Shown here piece after piece: positions 9,203-18,969 of a DNA stretch of 64,000 nt. The stretch spans positions 19,995 through 83,994 of the forward strand of contig DUBF01000092.1 of the NCBI GenBank assembly GCA_012960465.1. The letters are read 5' to 3'. The first letter of the stretch is position 1, and every line of letters begins with the position of its first letter. The DNA is from Rhodospirillales bacterium (GTDB taxonomy: Bacteria; Pseudomonadota; Alphaproteobacteria; Rhodospirillales; UBA2165). The position numbers were made by a program, and so were the translations under genes. The notes below the pieces were generated by a model, which was not told the DNA's origin, did no database searches, and was given only the letters and a program-made list of their open reading frames with translations.

Positions 9203-10060
9203 TTAAGCTGCTCTCACCTTAACCTCCATTCGCCCTATTTTTTCAATTTCGGCTACCATGGTATCTCCAGGTTCGACTGGCCCAACACCATCGGGCGTTC
9301 CTGTCATGATAATATCTCCAGGATAGAGTGTATAACGGGTTGTCGTATATTCAATACATTTTTGGACGTTGTATACAAGCTGACTTGTATTGGAGTTTTG
9401 TCGCTCTTTACCGTTGACCGATATAGTTAAATCTAGATCATTTGGATTTTTGATCTCATCTTTTGTAACCATCCAAGGCCCTAAAACTGAATAGCTATCC
9501 GATGATTTGCGAAAGCTTTGTAATTCTTTGCCGCGTGTTGTCATGTCTAACCCAATTGCATATCCAGCAACATGATCGAGGGCGCTGTCTGCCGAAATAT
9601 TTGTACCCTCTTTGCCGATAATTGCAGCTAGCTCAACTTCATGGTCATTTCGATTATCAACAAAGCGAAGGGCAACCCCCTCGCCTGCGCCAACGAGTGA
9701 CGAGTTGGATTTCAAAAACATTCCCCAATCCCAGATATTGGTAATAGGACGTTGAGAGACGATGCCATCATCTAGGTTACTTTCATCAATATGTTTTTGA
9801 TAATTTATTGGGGCACCAACGATATTCATAGGGTTTGCCACCGGGCTTAAAAGTTTTACTTCCGATATTGGTTTGCTGGGAGCGGTATCACGTATATTTT
9901 TTATTACGGCTACAACAGAATCAAGATTAGAAAGAAGTTGATCTCCGTGAGGGTAGGGCCAATTTAAACTCGGCAAAACAACTAAGGCCTGGCTTACATC
10001 GAAAACATTTTCTCCTTGGATTAGACCTAATTGATCATCGTCGAAGCGGCAAATTTTCAT
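9203..10060 (-). CDS. Fumarylacetoacetate hydrolase (FAH) family protein
   Basis: 285 aa with the C-terminal PGDIIMTGTPDGVGPVEPGD signature. It starts 14 nt after the stop of the diiron gene. Confidence 0.85.
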   Translation of the reverse strand: MKICRFDDDQLGLIQGENVFDVSQALVVLPSLNWPYPHGDQLLSNLDSVVAVIKNIRDTAPSKPISEVKLLSPVANPMNIVGAPINYQKHIDESNLDDGIVSQRPITNIWDWGMFLKSNSSLVGAGEGVALRFVDNRNDHEVELAAIIGKEGTNISADSALDHVAGYAIGLDMTTRGKELQSFRKSSDSYSVLGPWMVTKDEIKNPNDLDLTISVNGKERQNSNTSQLVYNVQKCIEYTTTRYTLYPGDIIMTGTPDGVGPVEPGDTMVAEIEKIGRMEVKVRAA

Positions 10061-10074
10061 GTAATAAATACCCG

Positions 10075-10788
10075 TTAATAAGTGTTGAGGTTGATATCTG
10101 GAAGAGTAAGACCAAGTTTTGTCACAACGGTCTCTGCGCGTTTTACATATTCAGCTCGCATGTTTTCATTAGTGCATTTCTTGATACCCCATTTTCGGTA
10201 AATCTCATTATTTTTTGACTCAGATTTGCCGAACATTGATGGTATTATCGGAAATATAACGTCAACATAACCTTGAATAAGCTCTTTACCGCCTTCTCTC
10301 TCACAAATATCTGCAGTAAAATTCTCTCCAAATTCGGCATGAAAATGTTCTTCAGGCATGGTCATTCGAGCGAGGTTTCTAAGGGGGTGGAAGCTACATT
10401 GGACTAGGTCTTCAACGAGAATAATTTCTGCAAGGTCACCCAACATTTTAATGACGCAAAACTCTTCCCAAGTTTTCATATTATAACTCATGATGGTCAG
10501 TGGCGACTTTTCGGTAAGGTCTGGTAACATCTGGGATTCTTCGATTCCCATTTCGCGGCCTAGTTCAAAAAACCGGTAATGATGTCCATATTCTTCCATT
10601 ACAACCCTACACACTTGCCATTTTGCATATGGATCCGGGGCCATGGCGATAGCTGGCTCGTCATAGACCTGCGAACCATAAAGTTCATTTATTGCATGGC
10701 TGATAACAATTTTGCGGCAAGCCACTTTATATTCTTCGGGCCCCGTACGCCAATCTTCTAGGGTTGTAAATTGTTTGATGTCAGGCAT
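10075..10788 (-). CDS. Ferritin-like diiron-carboxylate protein, PaaA/PaaC (phenylacetyl-CoA epoxidase) family-like
   Basis: 237 aa. Putative ligands are E35, E66-x-x-H69 (EEYGHH), D118 and E147-x-x-H150 (PEEHFHAEFG), with roughly 30-residue spacing between the helix pairs, as in four-helix-bundle diiron oxygenases. Confidence 0.7.
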   Translation of the reverse strand: MPDIKQFTTLEDWRTGPEEYKVACRKIVISHAINELYGSQVYDEPAIAMAPDPYAKWQVCRVVMEEYGHHYRFFELGREMGIEESQMLPDLTEKSPLTIMSYNMKTWEEFCVIKMLGDLAEIILVEDLVQCSFHPLRNLARMTMPEEHFHAEFGENFTADICEREGGKELIQGYVDVIFPIIPSMFGKSESKNNEIYRKWGIKKCTNENMRAEYVKRAETVVTKLGLTLPDINLNTY

Positions 10789-10809
10789 TATGAGTTACTT
10801 TCTCGCTCT

Positions 10810-11757
10810 TTAAATAATTGGTTCTGTGTTAAAGGCTTCCAAATCAGTTTCTAGCTTTGTAAATTTCTTTTTGAAGGTTTTATCTACCGCAACGGTAAAT
10901 TCGTCAATAGACCAATCTTGATCCATTTGTACAATTGTCTCTATAGGGCGGGGTTGACTGAACAAAAAAACTTCTCTTCCACGGACGCCAAACACTTGGC
11001 CCGTCACATCTGATGCAGCAGGTGAACATAAATAAGAAACAAACCTAGCGACATGACTTGGGGAGACTTTTAAGGCTCTGTTTTTATATTCTGCCTGTTG
11101 GTCATTAGCAGGTTCAATTATATCTGTAACCCGACTATGGGCAAAGGGGGCAATATAGTTACAAGTAACGTTAGAGCGGGCCATTTCAAGTGCTGTTATT
11201 CTCATTAAACCAAATAAACCAGCTTTTGCGCTTCCATAATTTGCTTGCCCAAAATTGCCGTACAGTCCTGCAGTTGAGCCTATGTTTAATATACGTCCCC
11301 AATTGTATGCTTCACCAGATCCCCGATTCTCTTTAAATTGTTGGCGCATCATCGGCGTTGCTGCTCGTGTCAGATAGAAGGCTGAGGACAGATTATTTTT
11401 TATTACAATTTCCCAATCTTCCGACGTGCCTTTGAAAATAAGGCCATCGCGTAAGATGGCGGCACAATTGATAATCATATCGATACCACCAAATTCGCCG
11501 ATCGCCATGGCCACCAATTCTTCTGCTGCTTTTGGCGAGGCTACGCTTCTCGTGTAAATCCGTGAGGGGCCTGATAGTTGTTTGACGGCTTCCTCAACTA
11601 TTATGTGATTTTCTTGAGATCCGTCTATGTCGCAACCATTATCAGCGGCTACAATAGAGACCCCTTGGGTCGATAATTCTTTCGCGATGGCCAGGCCAAT
11701 TCCGCGTCCAGCACCAGTCACAATACCAACCCGGGGTTGAGGATTATTTTTTGACAC
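10810..11757 (-). CDS. Short-chain dehydrogenase resembling the (3R)-hydroxyacyl-CoA dehydrogenase domain of MFE-2 type enzymes
   Basis: TGAGRGIGLAIA, ILRDGLIFKGTSEDWEIVIKNNL and GQANYGSAKAGLFGL (YxxxK). GTG start at 11757 directly abuts the TAG stop of the reductase gene (TAGGTG). Confidence 0.8.
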   Translation of the reverse strand: MSKNNPQPRVGIVTGAGRGIGLAIAKELSTQGVSIVAADNGCDIDGSQENHIIVEEAVKQLSGPSRIYTRSVASPKAAEELVAMAIGEFGGIDMIINCAAILRDGLIFKGTSEDWEIVIKNNLSSAFYLTRAATPMMRQQFKENRGSGEAYNWGRILNIGSTAGLYGNFGQANYGSAKAGLFGLMRITALEMARSNVTCNYIAPFAHSRVTDIIEPANDQQAEYKNRALKVSPSHVARFVSYLCSPAASDVTGQVFGVRGREVFLFSQPRPIETIVQMDQDWSIDEFTVAVDKTFKKKFTKLETDLEAFNTEPII

Positions 11758-12783
11758 CTAATTGATCTCCATTTTTTTCTTTTCTGCTTCCGTATAAAAT
11801 GCATCGGCGTGACAGTCAGCGTCCTGTATGCCTAAGTTTTTAAGTCTTTTAATCACACTCTCAACCATTACTGGTGGGCCAGCAATATAAGCTTTATTGC
11901 CACGGACTTTATGAAAATCTTTTGCAATCGCATCGTCAAGAAATCCCGTCCGATGACAGGTTTTGATGTTTGGTTCGGAAATTACTGGAATAAAACTGAA
12001 ATTTTCATAAGACTGAGAGAGCTTTTTAAATTCTTCTTCTAAATAAAGGTCGCGATCCGTACGAACCCCAAAATAAAAAGTGATTGGCTGCTGGATTCCA
12101 TAAACCAAAGTAGTTCTCAAAATCGATTGTATTGGTGCGAGGCCCGACCCCCCAGCGACAGCGATAATTGGACCTTTATGGTTTTCGCGAAGATAGGCTG
12201 TGCCATAGGGACCCTGTACGCTGACTGTATCACCCACTTTTAAATTATTTTGAATGTGTGGTGTTACTGTGCCATCTGGCAATAGTCGAATATGAAATTC
12301 AAGCGTATTTGTGTCGGGAGTATTTGCCATAGAATAATCCCTAGGAGGTAATTTCTCAAATGTCAGGGATGCATATTGCCCCGCTGAAAAATCGTAAGGT
12401 CCGCCGGATAGGATACTCATTTTTACAATTTTGATATCATGGGTTGCTTGAATAAGATCTACTACTTTACATTCTAGTAACCTATTAGCGTGAACACGGG
12501 TCTCATCGTCGTCAACTATACTAATTTCGCAATCTGACCACGGGACGGATCGGCAGGGTAGAATTAATCCACGGTTTTTCTCTTCGCCAGTGAGAGCATA
12601 TTCAGAATAAGGAGACATTTCCAGATCTCCCGAATGGAGGATTGATTTGCACGCACCACAATTGCCAGATCGGCAGCCATGTGGAAATTCTATTTGTTGG
12701 TTTAATGCGCATTCCAAAATTGTCTTACCCATGGTAACTTCGATAGTTACATTTTTCTCTCGAATGGTTACTTTATAATTCAT
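11758..12783 (-). CDS. Oxygenase reductase: N-terminal plant-type [2Fe-2S] ferredoxin fused to an FNR-like FAD/NAD(P)H domain (BenC/MmoC/DmpP domain order)
   Basis: GCRSGNCGACKS...LPCRS cysteine pattern at the N-terminus, then RDYSMAN (RxYS FAD motif) and VAGGSGLAPI (NAD motif). Confidence 0.85.
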   Translation of the reverse strand: MNYKVTIREKNVTIEVTMGKTILECALNQQIEFPHGCRSGNCGACKSILHSGDLEMSPYSEYALTGEEKNRGLILPCRSVPWSDCEISIVDDDETRVHANRLLECKVVDLIQATHDIKIVKMSILSGGPYDFSAGQYASLTFEKLPPRDYSMANTPDTNTLEFHIRLLPDGTVTPHIQNNLKVGDTVSVQGPYGTAYLRENHKGPIIAVAGGSGLAPIQSILRTTLVYGIQQPITFYFGVRTDRDLYLEEEFKKLSQSYENFSFIPVISEPNIKTCHRTGFLDDAIAKDFHKVRGNKAYIAGPPVMVESVIKRLKNLGIQDADCHADAFYTEAEKKKMEIN

Positions 12784-12941
12784 TTAGAGCTTCATCCGCC
12801 AGATCCCTATATATTTATAAACATTCCGATTAGGATTGTACCTTAGGTCTTTTATATTTTATGCTTAAGTTCAATAAAAACAAAGAAAATATTAGTTAGA
12901 AATACGCTTAATACTTGTAGGATGTTGCGTGGGGGATAGAA

Positions 12942-14486
12942 ATGCTCATTGGTGATTTAATTAAAAACTCGGCAGAGAGACATCCAAATAAAACTGCCAT
13001 TATTTCGGGCGAGTTAGCGGCTTCATATAAAGATTTGAATGGGGCGGCAAATAAGATTGCAAATGCGATAATAAATCAAGGCCTACCCGTTAATGCAAAT
13101 CTTGCGATATTATCTGCTAATCAATTCGACTATCCCGCTATATATTTTGGGGTGGCGAAGTCTGGGAAAATATTGGCTCACCTATCAAGTCGTTTTAATC
13201 CCGATGAACTGCTTCACGTCATTAATAAAACAGATATCAGTACAATCTTTGTGCATATAGATCTGGTGGATACCCTTTTAAGTATTCGGCGCGCAGCACC
13301 TAATTTATCTCAGGTAATTGTTTTTGGCGGCAAGAAAACGCCAAGCAATCAATTGTCTTCGCTGGATGAGTTTGTTGGGAGTGCATCATCAAGCGAGCCA
13401 AGGGTAAATATAAAAGAGACGGATGCTTTTGCTATCACCTTTACAGGGGGTACAACAGGTTTCCCTAAAGGTGTCGTTGTAAATCATGCTTCTCGGATAA
13501 TTGGCAGTGTTCGAGCAGAACGAGAGTTTGATATGGTGGCAGGTGATATTAATTGCTGTTCGACGCCATTATTCCACATCGCTGGTCTGTTTGTCTGGTT
13601 TCAGACGAGTATTAAAATGGGCTGCACCTGTGTTTTATTGTCATCATGGGATCCTGAAAAATTTATTGATCTTGTGGAAAATTCTGGCGTAACAGGTGCA
13701 TTCCTAGTCCCAACTCAGATTAATAGTGTTCTGAACCATCCTGATTTTTTGCGAGAGCGGCTAAAAAATTGGCGTTATTGCAGTCACGGTGGTGCGCCAA
13801 CATCAACTGCTCAGCTCCAACGTATGCTTGAACAACTACCTGATGTAATTTGGGAAGAACAGTATGGGCAATCTGAAGCTGGAAATCTAACCGTGCGGCC
13901 TAAGAAATTTATCTTAAAGAAAGCAGCTAGTGTTGGAAGGGCATTCAGCGATGTCGAGTTGGCAATTGTTGATCGCGATGAGATACAACTTTCAGCTGGA
14001 AAATCGGGGGAAGTGGTCACTAAAGGTGTCCAAACAATGATGTACTATTATAACGATCCGGATCAGACTAAAGAAACGTTTACCTCCGACGGTTGGTTAA
14101 AAACTGGTGATATCGGTTACATAGATTCAGATGGCTTTTTATTTTTGGTAGACCGTTCAAAAGACATGATTATTTCGGGGGGTGAAAATATTTTCCCAAC
14201 GGAAATTGAGAATGCGCTTTATAGCCACCCGAATGTACGTGAATGCGCAGTTTTTGGAATTCCTGATGATCACTGGGGAGAATTACCTGCCGCGCATGTT
14301 ATATTGAAGGCTGGTAAAATTATAACAGAAGATGAATTAGAAGATTATTGCGTGTCACAAATTGCTCGCCATAAACGACCGCGTTTAATTAAATTTGTTG
14401 ATTCTTTGCCAAAAACTGCTGTTGGGAAGATTCAAAAAAATATTTTAAGAGAGCCTTATTGGATGGAAAAAGATCGTACGATTTGA
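12942..14486 (+). CDS. AMP-dependent acyl/aroyl-CoA synthetase (ligase)
   Basis: FTGGTTGFPKG AMP-binding motif, GWLKTGDIG and PKTAVGKIQK. Divergent from the reductase operon. Confidence 0.9.
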   Translation: MLIGDLIKNSAERHPNKTAIISGELAASYKDLNGAANKIANAIINQGLPVNANLAILSANQFDYPAIYFGVAKSGKILAHLSSRFNPDELLHVINKTDISTIFVHIDLVDTLLSIRRAAPNLSQVIVFGGKKTPSNQLSSLDEFVGSASSSEPRVNIKETDAFAITFTGGTTGFPKGVVVNHASRIIGSVRAEREFDMVAGDINCCSTPLFHIAGLFVWFQTSIKMGCTCVLLSSWDPEKFIDLVENSGVTGAFLVPTQINSVLNHPDFLRERLKNWRYCSHGGAPTSTAQLQRMLEQLPDVIWEEQYGQSEAGNLTVRPKKFILKKAASVGRAFSDVELAIVDRDEIQLSAGKSGEVVTKGVQTMMYYYNDPDQTKETFTSDGWLKTGDIGYIDSDGFLFLVDRSKDMIISGGENIFPTEIENALYSHPNVRECAVFGIPDDHWGELPAAHVILKAGKIITEDELEDYCVSQIARHKRPRLIKFVDSLPKTAVGKIQKNILREPYWMEKDRTI

Positions 14487-14518
14487 TTTATTGTTAGAAA
14501 GTTAGTCTATTTAAGTTG

Positions 14519-15283
14519 TCACCAAGCTGTCCATCCTCCGTCTACCTTGAGACTTTCGCCTGTAATCATAGCTGCGCCGGGTGAAGCCAGGAAAATAACG
14601 GCGGCTGCTACATCTTCTACTGTTCCAATATGACCAAGTGCTATATTATTTTCGACGGTCTCTTTAAATTCGATATTCTTAAACATTGGGCGTGTGAAAG
14701 GTGTGTCGATGAATGTTGGTGCGACCGCATTAACCCGAATACCCTCAGGGGCTAATTCGACGGCTAACGCTTTAGTCAAACCTTCGACCGCATGTTTTGT
14801 GGTGCAATATAGGGTCCGATTTGGCGCCCCGATGTGCCCCATCTGGGACGACATGTTGATTATTGACCCTGAACCTTGTTTCAGCATTATCTTTGCTGCA
14901 CTTTGTGAGGCACGAAATATAGCACGGATATTTAGGTCCATCAGCCAATCAATTGTTTCAAGGGTAATATCTGATATAGGTTGTGGTTTGTTAGCACCTG
15001 CACAACCTACAAGAATATCAAGTTGATCCATATTTTCGATTTTGGAGTATAATCTATCATTTAGAACATCTTCGGCCCAGTAAGTAATATTATCTGGATT
15101 ATGGGATTGCACCTCTTTTAAATCATTCTCGGTACGAGCAACGGCTATAACTTTTGCACCAGCTGCGGCTAGGCCAATAGCACAAGCGCGGCCCAAACCT
15201 TTACCTCCACCCGTTACTAGCGCAACTTTGCCATTAAATTTAGGGGCAGAAGTTAGTGATTCTACGTCAACAGGATCAGTCAT
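14519..15283 (-). CDS. Short-chain dehydrogenase/reductase (classical SDR)
   Basis: VTGGGKGLGRA glycine motif and YCTTKHA (YxxxK). 254 aa. Confidence 0.9.
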   Translation of the reverse strand: MTDPVDVESLTSAPKFNGKVALVTGGGKGLGRACAIGLAAAGAKVIAVARTENDLKEVQSHNPDNITYWAEDVLNDRLYSKIENMDQLDILVGCAGANKPQPISDITLETIDWLMDLNIRAIFRASQSAAKIMLKQGSGSIINMSSQMGHIGAPNRTLYCTTKHAVEGLTKALAVELAPEGIRVNAVAPTFIDTPFTRPMFKNIEFKETVENNIALGHIGTVEDVAAAVIFLASPGAAMITGESLKVDGGWTAW

Positions 15284-15445
15284 TACTTGTTTCCATCTCT
15301 GTACTTTAATTCATATTGACTAACATCCCTAAGAGATACTGTAAACGCTGTCTTAGCTTGTTAAAACAGCGTTAATTTTCTATCTTCCCTACTAATAAGA
15401 AAATGGACAGTAAGAAAAAAATGCTTTCTCATAGGAGTTTATAAC

Positions 15446-16732
15446 ATGGCCCGATACCTTAAAAAAGGCATTAGCCAAGAAGAAAAAGATGTTGCTGAAG
15501 TTGAGGTGCGGAAAACGGTTGAGGGTATTTTGGACGATATTAAAGTTCGCGGTGATGCTGCACTGGAAGATTATTCTGAGAAATTTGATAATTGGCGGCC
15601 GGAAGAATTTCGTCTCAGTCGGACCGAAATTGATTCATGTTATGACCAAGTGACTAAACAGAATATTGAAGATATTACATTTGCTCAAAAACAAGTTAGG
15701 GGTTTTGCAGAAATTCAGAAAGCGGCTTTAGTTGATGTGGAACAGGAGACGTTACCTGGGGTTGTTCTTGGGCATAAAAATATTCCTGTAAATTCAGTTG
15801 GTTGTTATGTGCCAGGCGGTAAGTACCCGATGGTCGCGTCGGCCCATATGAGCGTAGTAACAGCAAAGGTTGCCGGTGTGAAACGCATTATTGCTTGCGC
15901 TCCGCCTTATGAAGGTAAGCCTAGTTCAGCAATTGTTGTTGCTCAAGACATGGCGGGTGCAAATGAAATTTATTGTCTTGGTGGCGTTCAGGCTATGGGC
16001 GCTATGGCTTTGGGGACAGAAAATATAGCACCCGTAGATATGCTTGTAGGCCCTGGAAATGCTTACGTTGCTGAAGCAAAGCGTCAGCTTTTTGGCCGCG
16101 TGGGTATTGATTTGCTGGCAGGTCCGACAGAGACATTGATAATTGCCGACGATACAGTTGATGGTGAATTATGTGCGGCTGATTTGCTTGGCCAGGCAGA
16201 ACATGGGCCGACCAGCCCTGCGGTGCTTTTAACGAATTCCGAAGCTCTTGCTTTGCAAACAATGAAGGAAGTTGATCGACAACTCAAAATATTGTCAACA
16301 GGTGAAGTTGCGGGTCAGGCTTGGGATGTTTATGGGCAGGTAATTGTTTGTGATAGTTACGAAGAAATGCTGAGTGAGGCAGATAGAATTGCCTCCGAAC
16401 ACGTCCAAGTAATGACAAGGGATCCGGATTATTTTCTTAATAACATGACAAACTATGGGGCACTATTTTTGGGTCCCGAGACTAATGTTTCTTATGGTGA
16501 TAAGGTGATTGGCACTAACCATACTTTGCCGACCAAAGGAGCTGGACGTTATACGGGTGGTTTATGGGTAGGGAAGTTCATCAAAACCCATACCTATCAG
16601 CGTATTACTGAAGCGGCTTCTATTGAGGTTGGTAAATATTGCTCACGTCTTTGCGAATTGGAAGGTTTTGCCGGCCATAAGGAACAAGCGGATATTCGTC
16701 TGCGCCGTTATGCAGGGATAAGTCAGGGTTGA
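15446..16732 (+). CDS. Histidinol-dehydrogenase-family enzyme, probably a paralog acting on another alcohol (HpsN-like candidate)
   Basis: 428 aa with [15 protein letters not shown] and GTNHTLPT (Zn/His motifs of the HisD family). SD AGGAG is present. There is no his-operon context; a TRAP transporter follows. Confidence 0.8.
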   Translation: MARYLKKGISQEEKDVAEVEVRKTVEGILDDIKVRGDAALEDYSEKFDNWRPEEFRLSRTEIDSCYDQVTKQNIEDITFAQKQVRGFAEIQKAALVDVEQETLPGVVLGHKNIPVNSVGCYVPGGKYPMVASAHMSVVTAKVAGVKRIIACAPPYEGKPSSAIVVAQDMAGANEIYCLGGVQAMGAMALGTENIAPVDMLVGPGNAYVAEAKRQLFGRVGIDLLAGPTETLIIADDTVDGELCAADLLGQAEHGPTSPAVLLTNSEALALQTMKEVDRQLKILSTGEVAGQAWDVYGQVIVCDSYEEMLSEADRIASEHVQVMTRDPDYFLNNMTNYGALFLGPETNVSYGDKVIGTNHTLPTKGAGRYTGGLWVGKFIKTHTYQRITEAASIEVGKYCSRLCELEGFAGHKEQADIRLRRYAGISQG

Positions 16733-16874
16733 TTGTAATTGGGGTATTGGTTTTTATTAGGTAAAAAACATGAATTTTGTTGTTTATTGTGAGTATCAGC
16801 AGCATTAACTTTCCTCGAATTAATATTATTAGTTTGTTCTCATTGACTTTGACGAAAAATATGAACATTAATTA

Positions 16875-18803
16875 TTGAAATCTAACAATAGATTTGGCAG
16901 CAGGGTAGGAATTCAAAGGAAAATGATTAAAGTATCTGATTCAATTGTTTGGGTCTTGAGTTTTTGTATCGCTTTGGTTGCAGTATATACAGCTGCATTT
17001 GGTATCGTTGATGAGATTTATCAGCGTAGCATTACCGTTGCGGTATCGCTCATAGTTGCCATTTTTGGATCTTCCTTGGCAAAATTGTATCAAACCGAAG
17101 ATCAACAAATTAAATTTGGACAATGGGCCATTGATTTTGTCCTCATTTTTTTGATTGTTTTATCGATCGTCTGGTTTTCTTCCGTTTATGATGAACTTGA
17201 GAGTGGGCTCTATAGTTTTTTGCCTGATGACCTTGCTGTTGGATGTGGGGGGCTGCTTGTCGTTCTTGAGATGACACGGCGTTGTTATGGTTGGCCCTTA
17301 GCATTTTTTGCCTTACTTACGATCATTTATGCTTTATTTGGGGCGGATCTTCCCTGGATCTTTGCTCATGGGGGCTACGATCTTGAATCGGTGATGCGGA
17401 CGGTTTGGTATAGTTTTGATGGAGTATTCGGCTTTATCGTTATCATCGTGTTATCACTCATATTTATATTCATTATTTTTGGTGCCATGCTGGAAGCGAC
17501 AGGTGCAGGCAGTACCCTCTTAAAAATAGCCATCAGTCTAACTGGCCCGTTGAGGGGGGGGCCGGCACATGCTGCAATTGCGGCGAGTGGTTTTTTTGGC
17601 ACTGTCTCAGGCTCGGTAACCGCCAATGTTGTCGGAACTGGTGTTTTTACCATACCGATGATTAAAGCACGTGGATTCAGAAGTTCTTTTGCTGGAGGAG
17701 TTGAAGCGGCAGCTTCCTCAGGAGGACAGTTTATGCCGCCGGTTATGGGCGCTGTGGCCTTCGTCATGGCTGATTTTACCGGTATACCTTATGTAATTAT
17801 TATTGCTGCAGCCGTAATGCCGGCTCTGTTTTACTATGGGAGTTTATTCATTGCCGTTTGGGTTGAAGCGGCACGACTAGGAATTACTTCGATACCAAAA
17901 GAAGAGCGAGAAGTTTTGGTGCGGGAAGATTGGATCAAATCCCTAATGTTTTTTGTTCCAGTAGTAGTTATCATTGGTGTTCTGATTACGGGTCGTTCGC
18001 CTGCAGCTGCTGGTTTGTGGGCAACCGTCGCGGGCGTCGTCATGGGATTTATCAATCCTATTGTTCGCAAAAGACCCCGGATATTTATTGATGCGTTAGC
18101 CAAGGGTGGTGAGCAATGTGCTCGTATTATGGTGGCTGTCGCGGCCATAGGAATTATTGTTGGCGTCATGAATTTGACGGGGCTCGGTATACGTTTTTCT
18201 AACATGGTACTTGCTTTTGCAGGTACAAATTTATTCTTCGCACTTTTATTGATGGCGCTGGCAAGTTTGGTGCTTGGTATGGGACTTCCCACGATACCGG
18301 CATACATCATTATCATCATAATTATGGGTGGTGCGATTGAAAAATTGGGCGTTCCCAAAATGTTAGTACATCTTTTCGTAGTCTATTTTGGTGTATTGTC
18401 GGCGATTACGCCGCCCGTTGCTATTGCCGCATACGCGGCTGCGCCGATCGCTAATTCGAATCCCATGAAAACAGCTATACAGGCTATCAAGCTTTCATTC
18501 GTTGGATTTATAATTCCCTTTGTTCTGATTTATAATCCGTCTCTATCTCTGGTTTATAATTTTGAGGTTATCGCTTTTGTGTCGGTTGTGATCAGGCTTG
18601 CTCTGGCTATCTGGTTAATGACCACAGCATTAGGTGGCGTGGACCGCGCTCCATTGCCGCTTTATTCAAGGATTTTGCGCATAACCCTTGGTGTTATAAT
18701 TCTACTGAATTTTGTTGAAGCGCAGATTGCTGGTGTTATTGCCTCCATTATACTGCTCTATGTGGAATACAGGCGAGCAAAGTTAACAATAATTTCTAAG
18801 TAA
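16875..18803 (+). CDS. TAXI-type TRAP transporter, fused small/large permease
   Basis: 642 aa, highly hydrophobic and multi-TM, with a GGPAHAAIAASGFFGTVSGS motif shared with the second permease at 59081. The start is uncertain (TTG 16875 or ATG 16923). Confidence 0.9.
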   Translation: MKSNNRFGSRVGIQRKMIKVSDSIVWVLSFCIALVAVYTAAFGIVDEIYQRSITVAVSLIVAIFGSSLAKLYQTEDQQIKFGQWAIDFVLIFLIVLSIVWFSSVYDELESGLYSFLPDDLAVGCGGLLVVLEMTRRCYGWPLAFFALLTIIYALFGADLPWIFAHGGYDLESVMRTVWYSFDGVFGFIVIIVLSLIFIFIIFGAMLEATGAGSTLLKIAISLTGPLRGGPAHAAIAASGFFGTVSGSVTANVVGTGVFTIPMIKARGFRSSFAGGVEAAASSGGQFMPPVMGAVAFVMADFTGIPYVIIIAAAVMPALFYYGSLFIAVWVEAARLGITSIPKEEREVLVREDWIKSLMFFVPVVVIIGVLITGRSPAAAGLWATVAGVVMGFINPIVRKRPRIFIDALAKGGEQCARIMVAVAAIGIIVGVMNLTGLGIRFSNMVLAFAGTNLFFALLLMALASLVLGMGLPTIPAYIIIIIIMGGAIEKLGVPKMLVHLFVVYFGVLSAITPPVAIAAYAAAPIANSNPMKTAIQAIKLSFVGFIIPFVLIYNPSLSLVYNFEVIAFVSVVIRLALAIWLMTTALGGVDRAPLPLYSRILRITLGVIILLNFVEAQIAGVIASIILLYVEYRRAKLTIISK

Positions 18804-18969
18804 ATAATTTTATTCATATATATTATTATATAACATTAGTTGTAATAATTACTTAAGATGATCAATATATGTTTTTTTCAAGGATCTATATCTGGCATGC
18901 CAACTTGATTTGTTTTAAAGTACTGTTTATGTTTAATTTAATAAGTTATCCAACCAACGGGAGGACATT

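Noticed and set aside
17375-18358. Two long antisense ORFs (130 aa and 174 aa) on the minus strand inside the first TRAP permease gene.
   Set aside because: They lie entirely within a confidently identified permease gene. Their translations are low-complexity (Pro/Ala/Thr/Ile-rich) and contain no recognisable motifs. They are typical shadow ORFs of a hydrophobic-protein gene.
18893-18908. Sigma54-like TGGCATGCCAACTTGA upstream of the first TAXI binding-protein gene.
   Set aside because: The spacing is off by one and the conserved GC of the -12 element is missing, so it does not fit GG-N10-GC.
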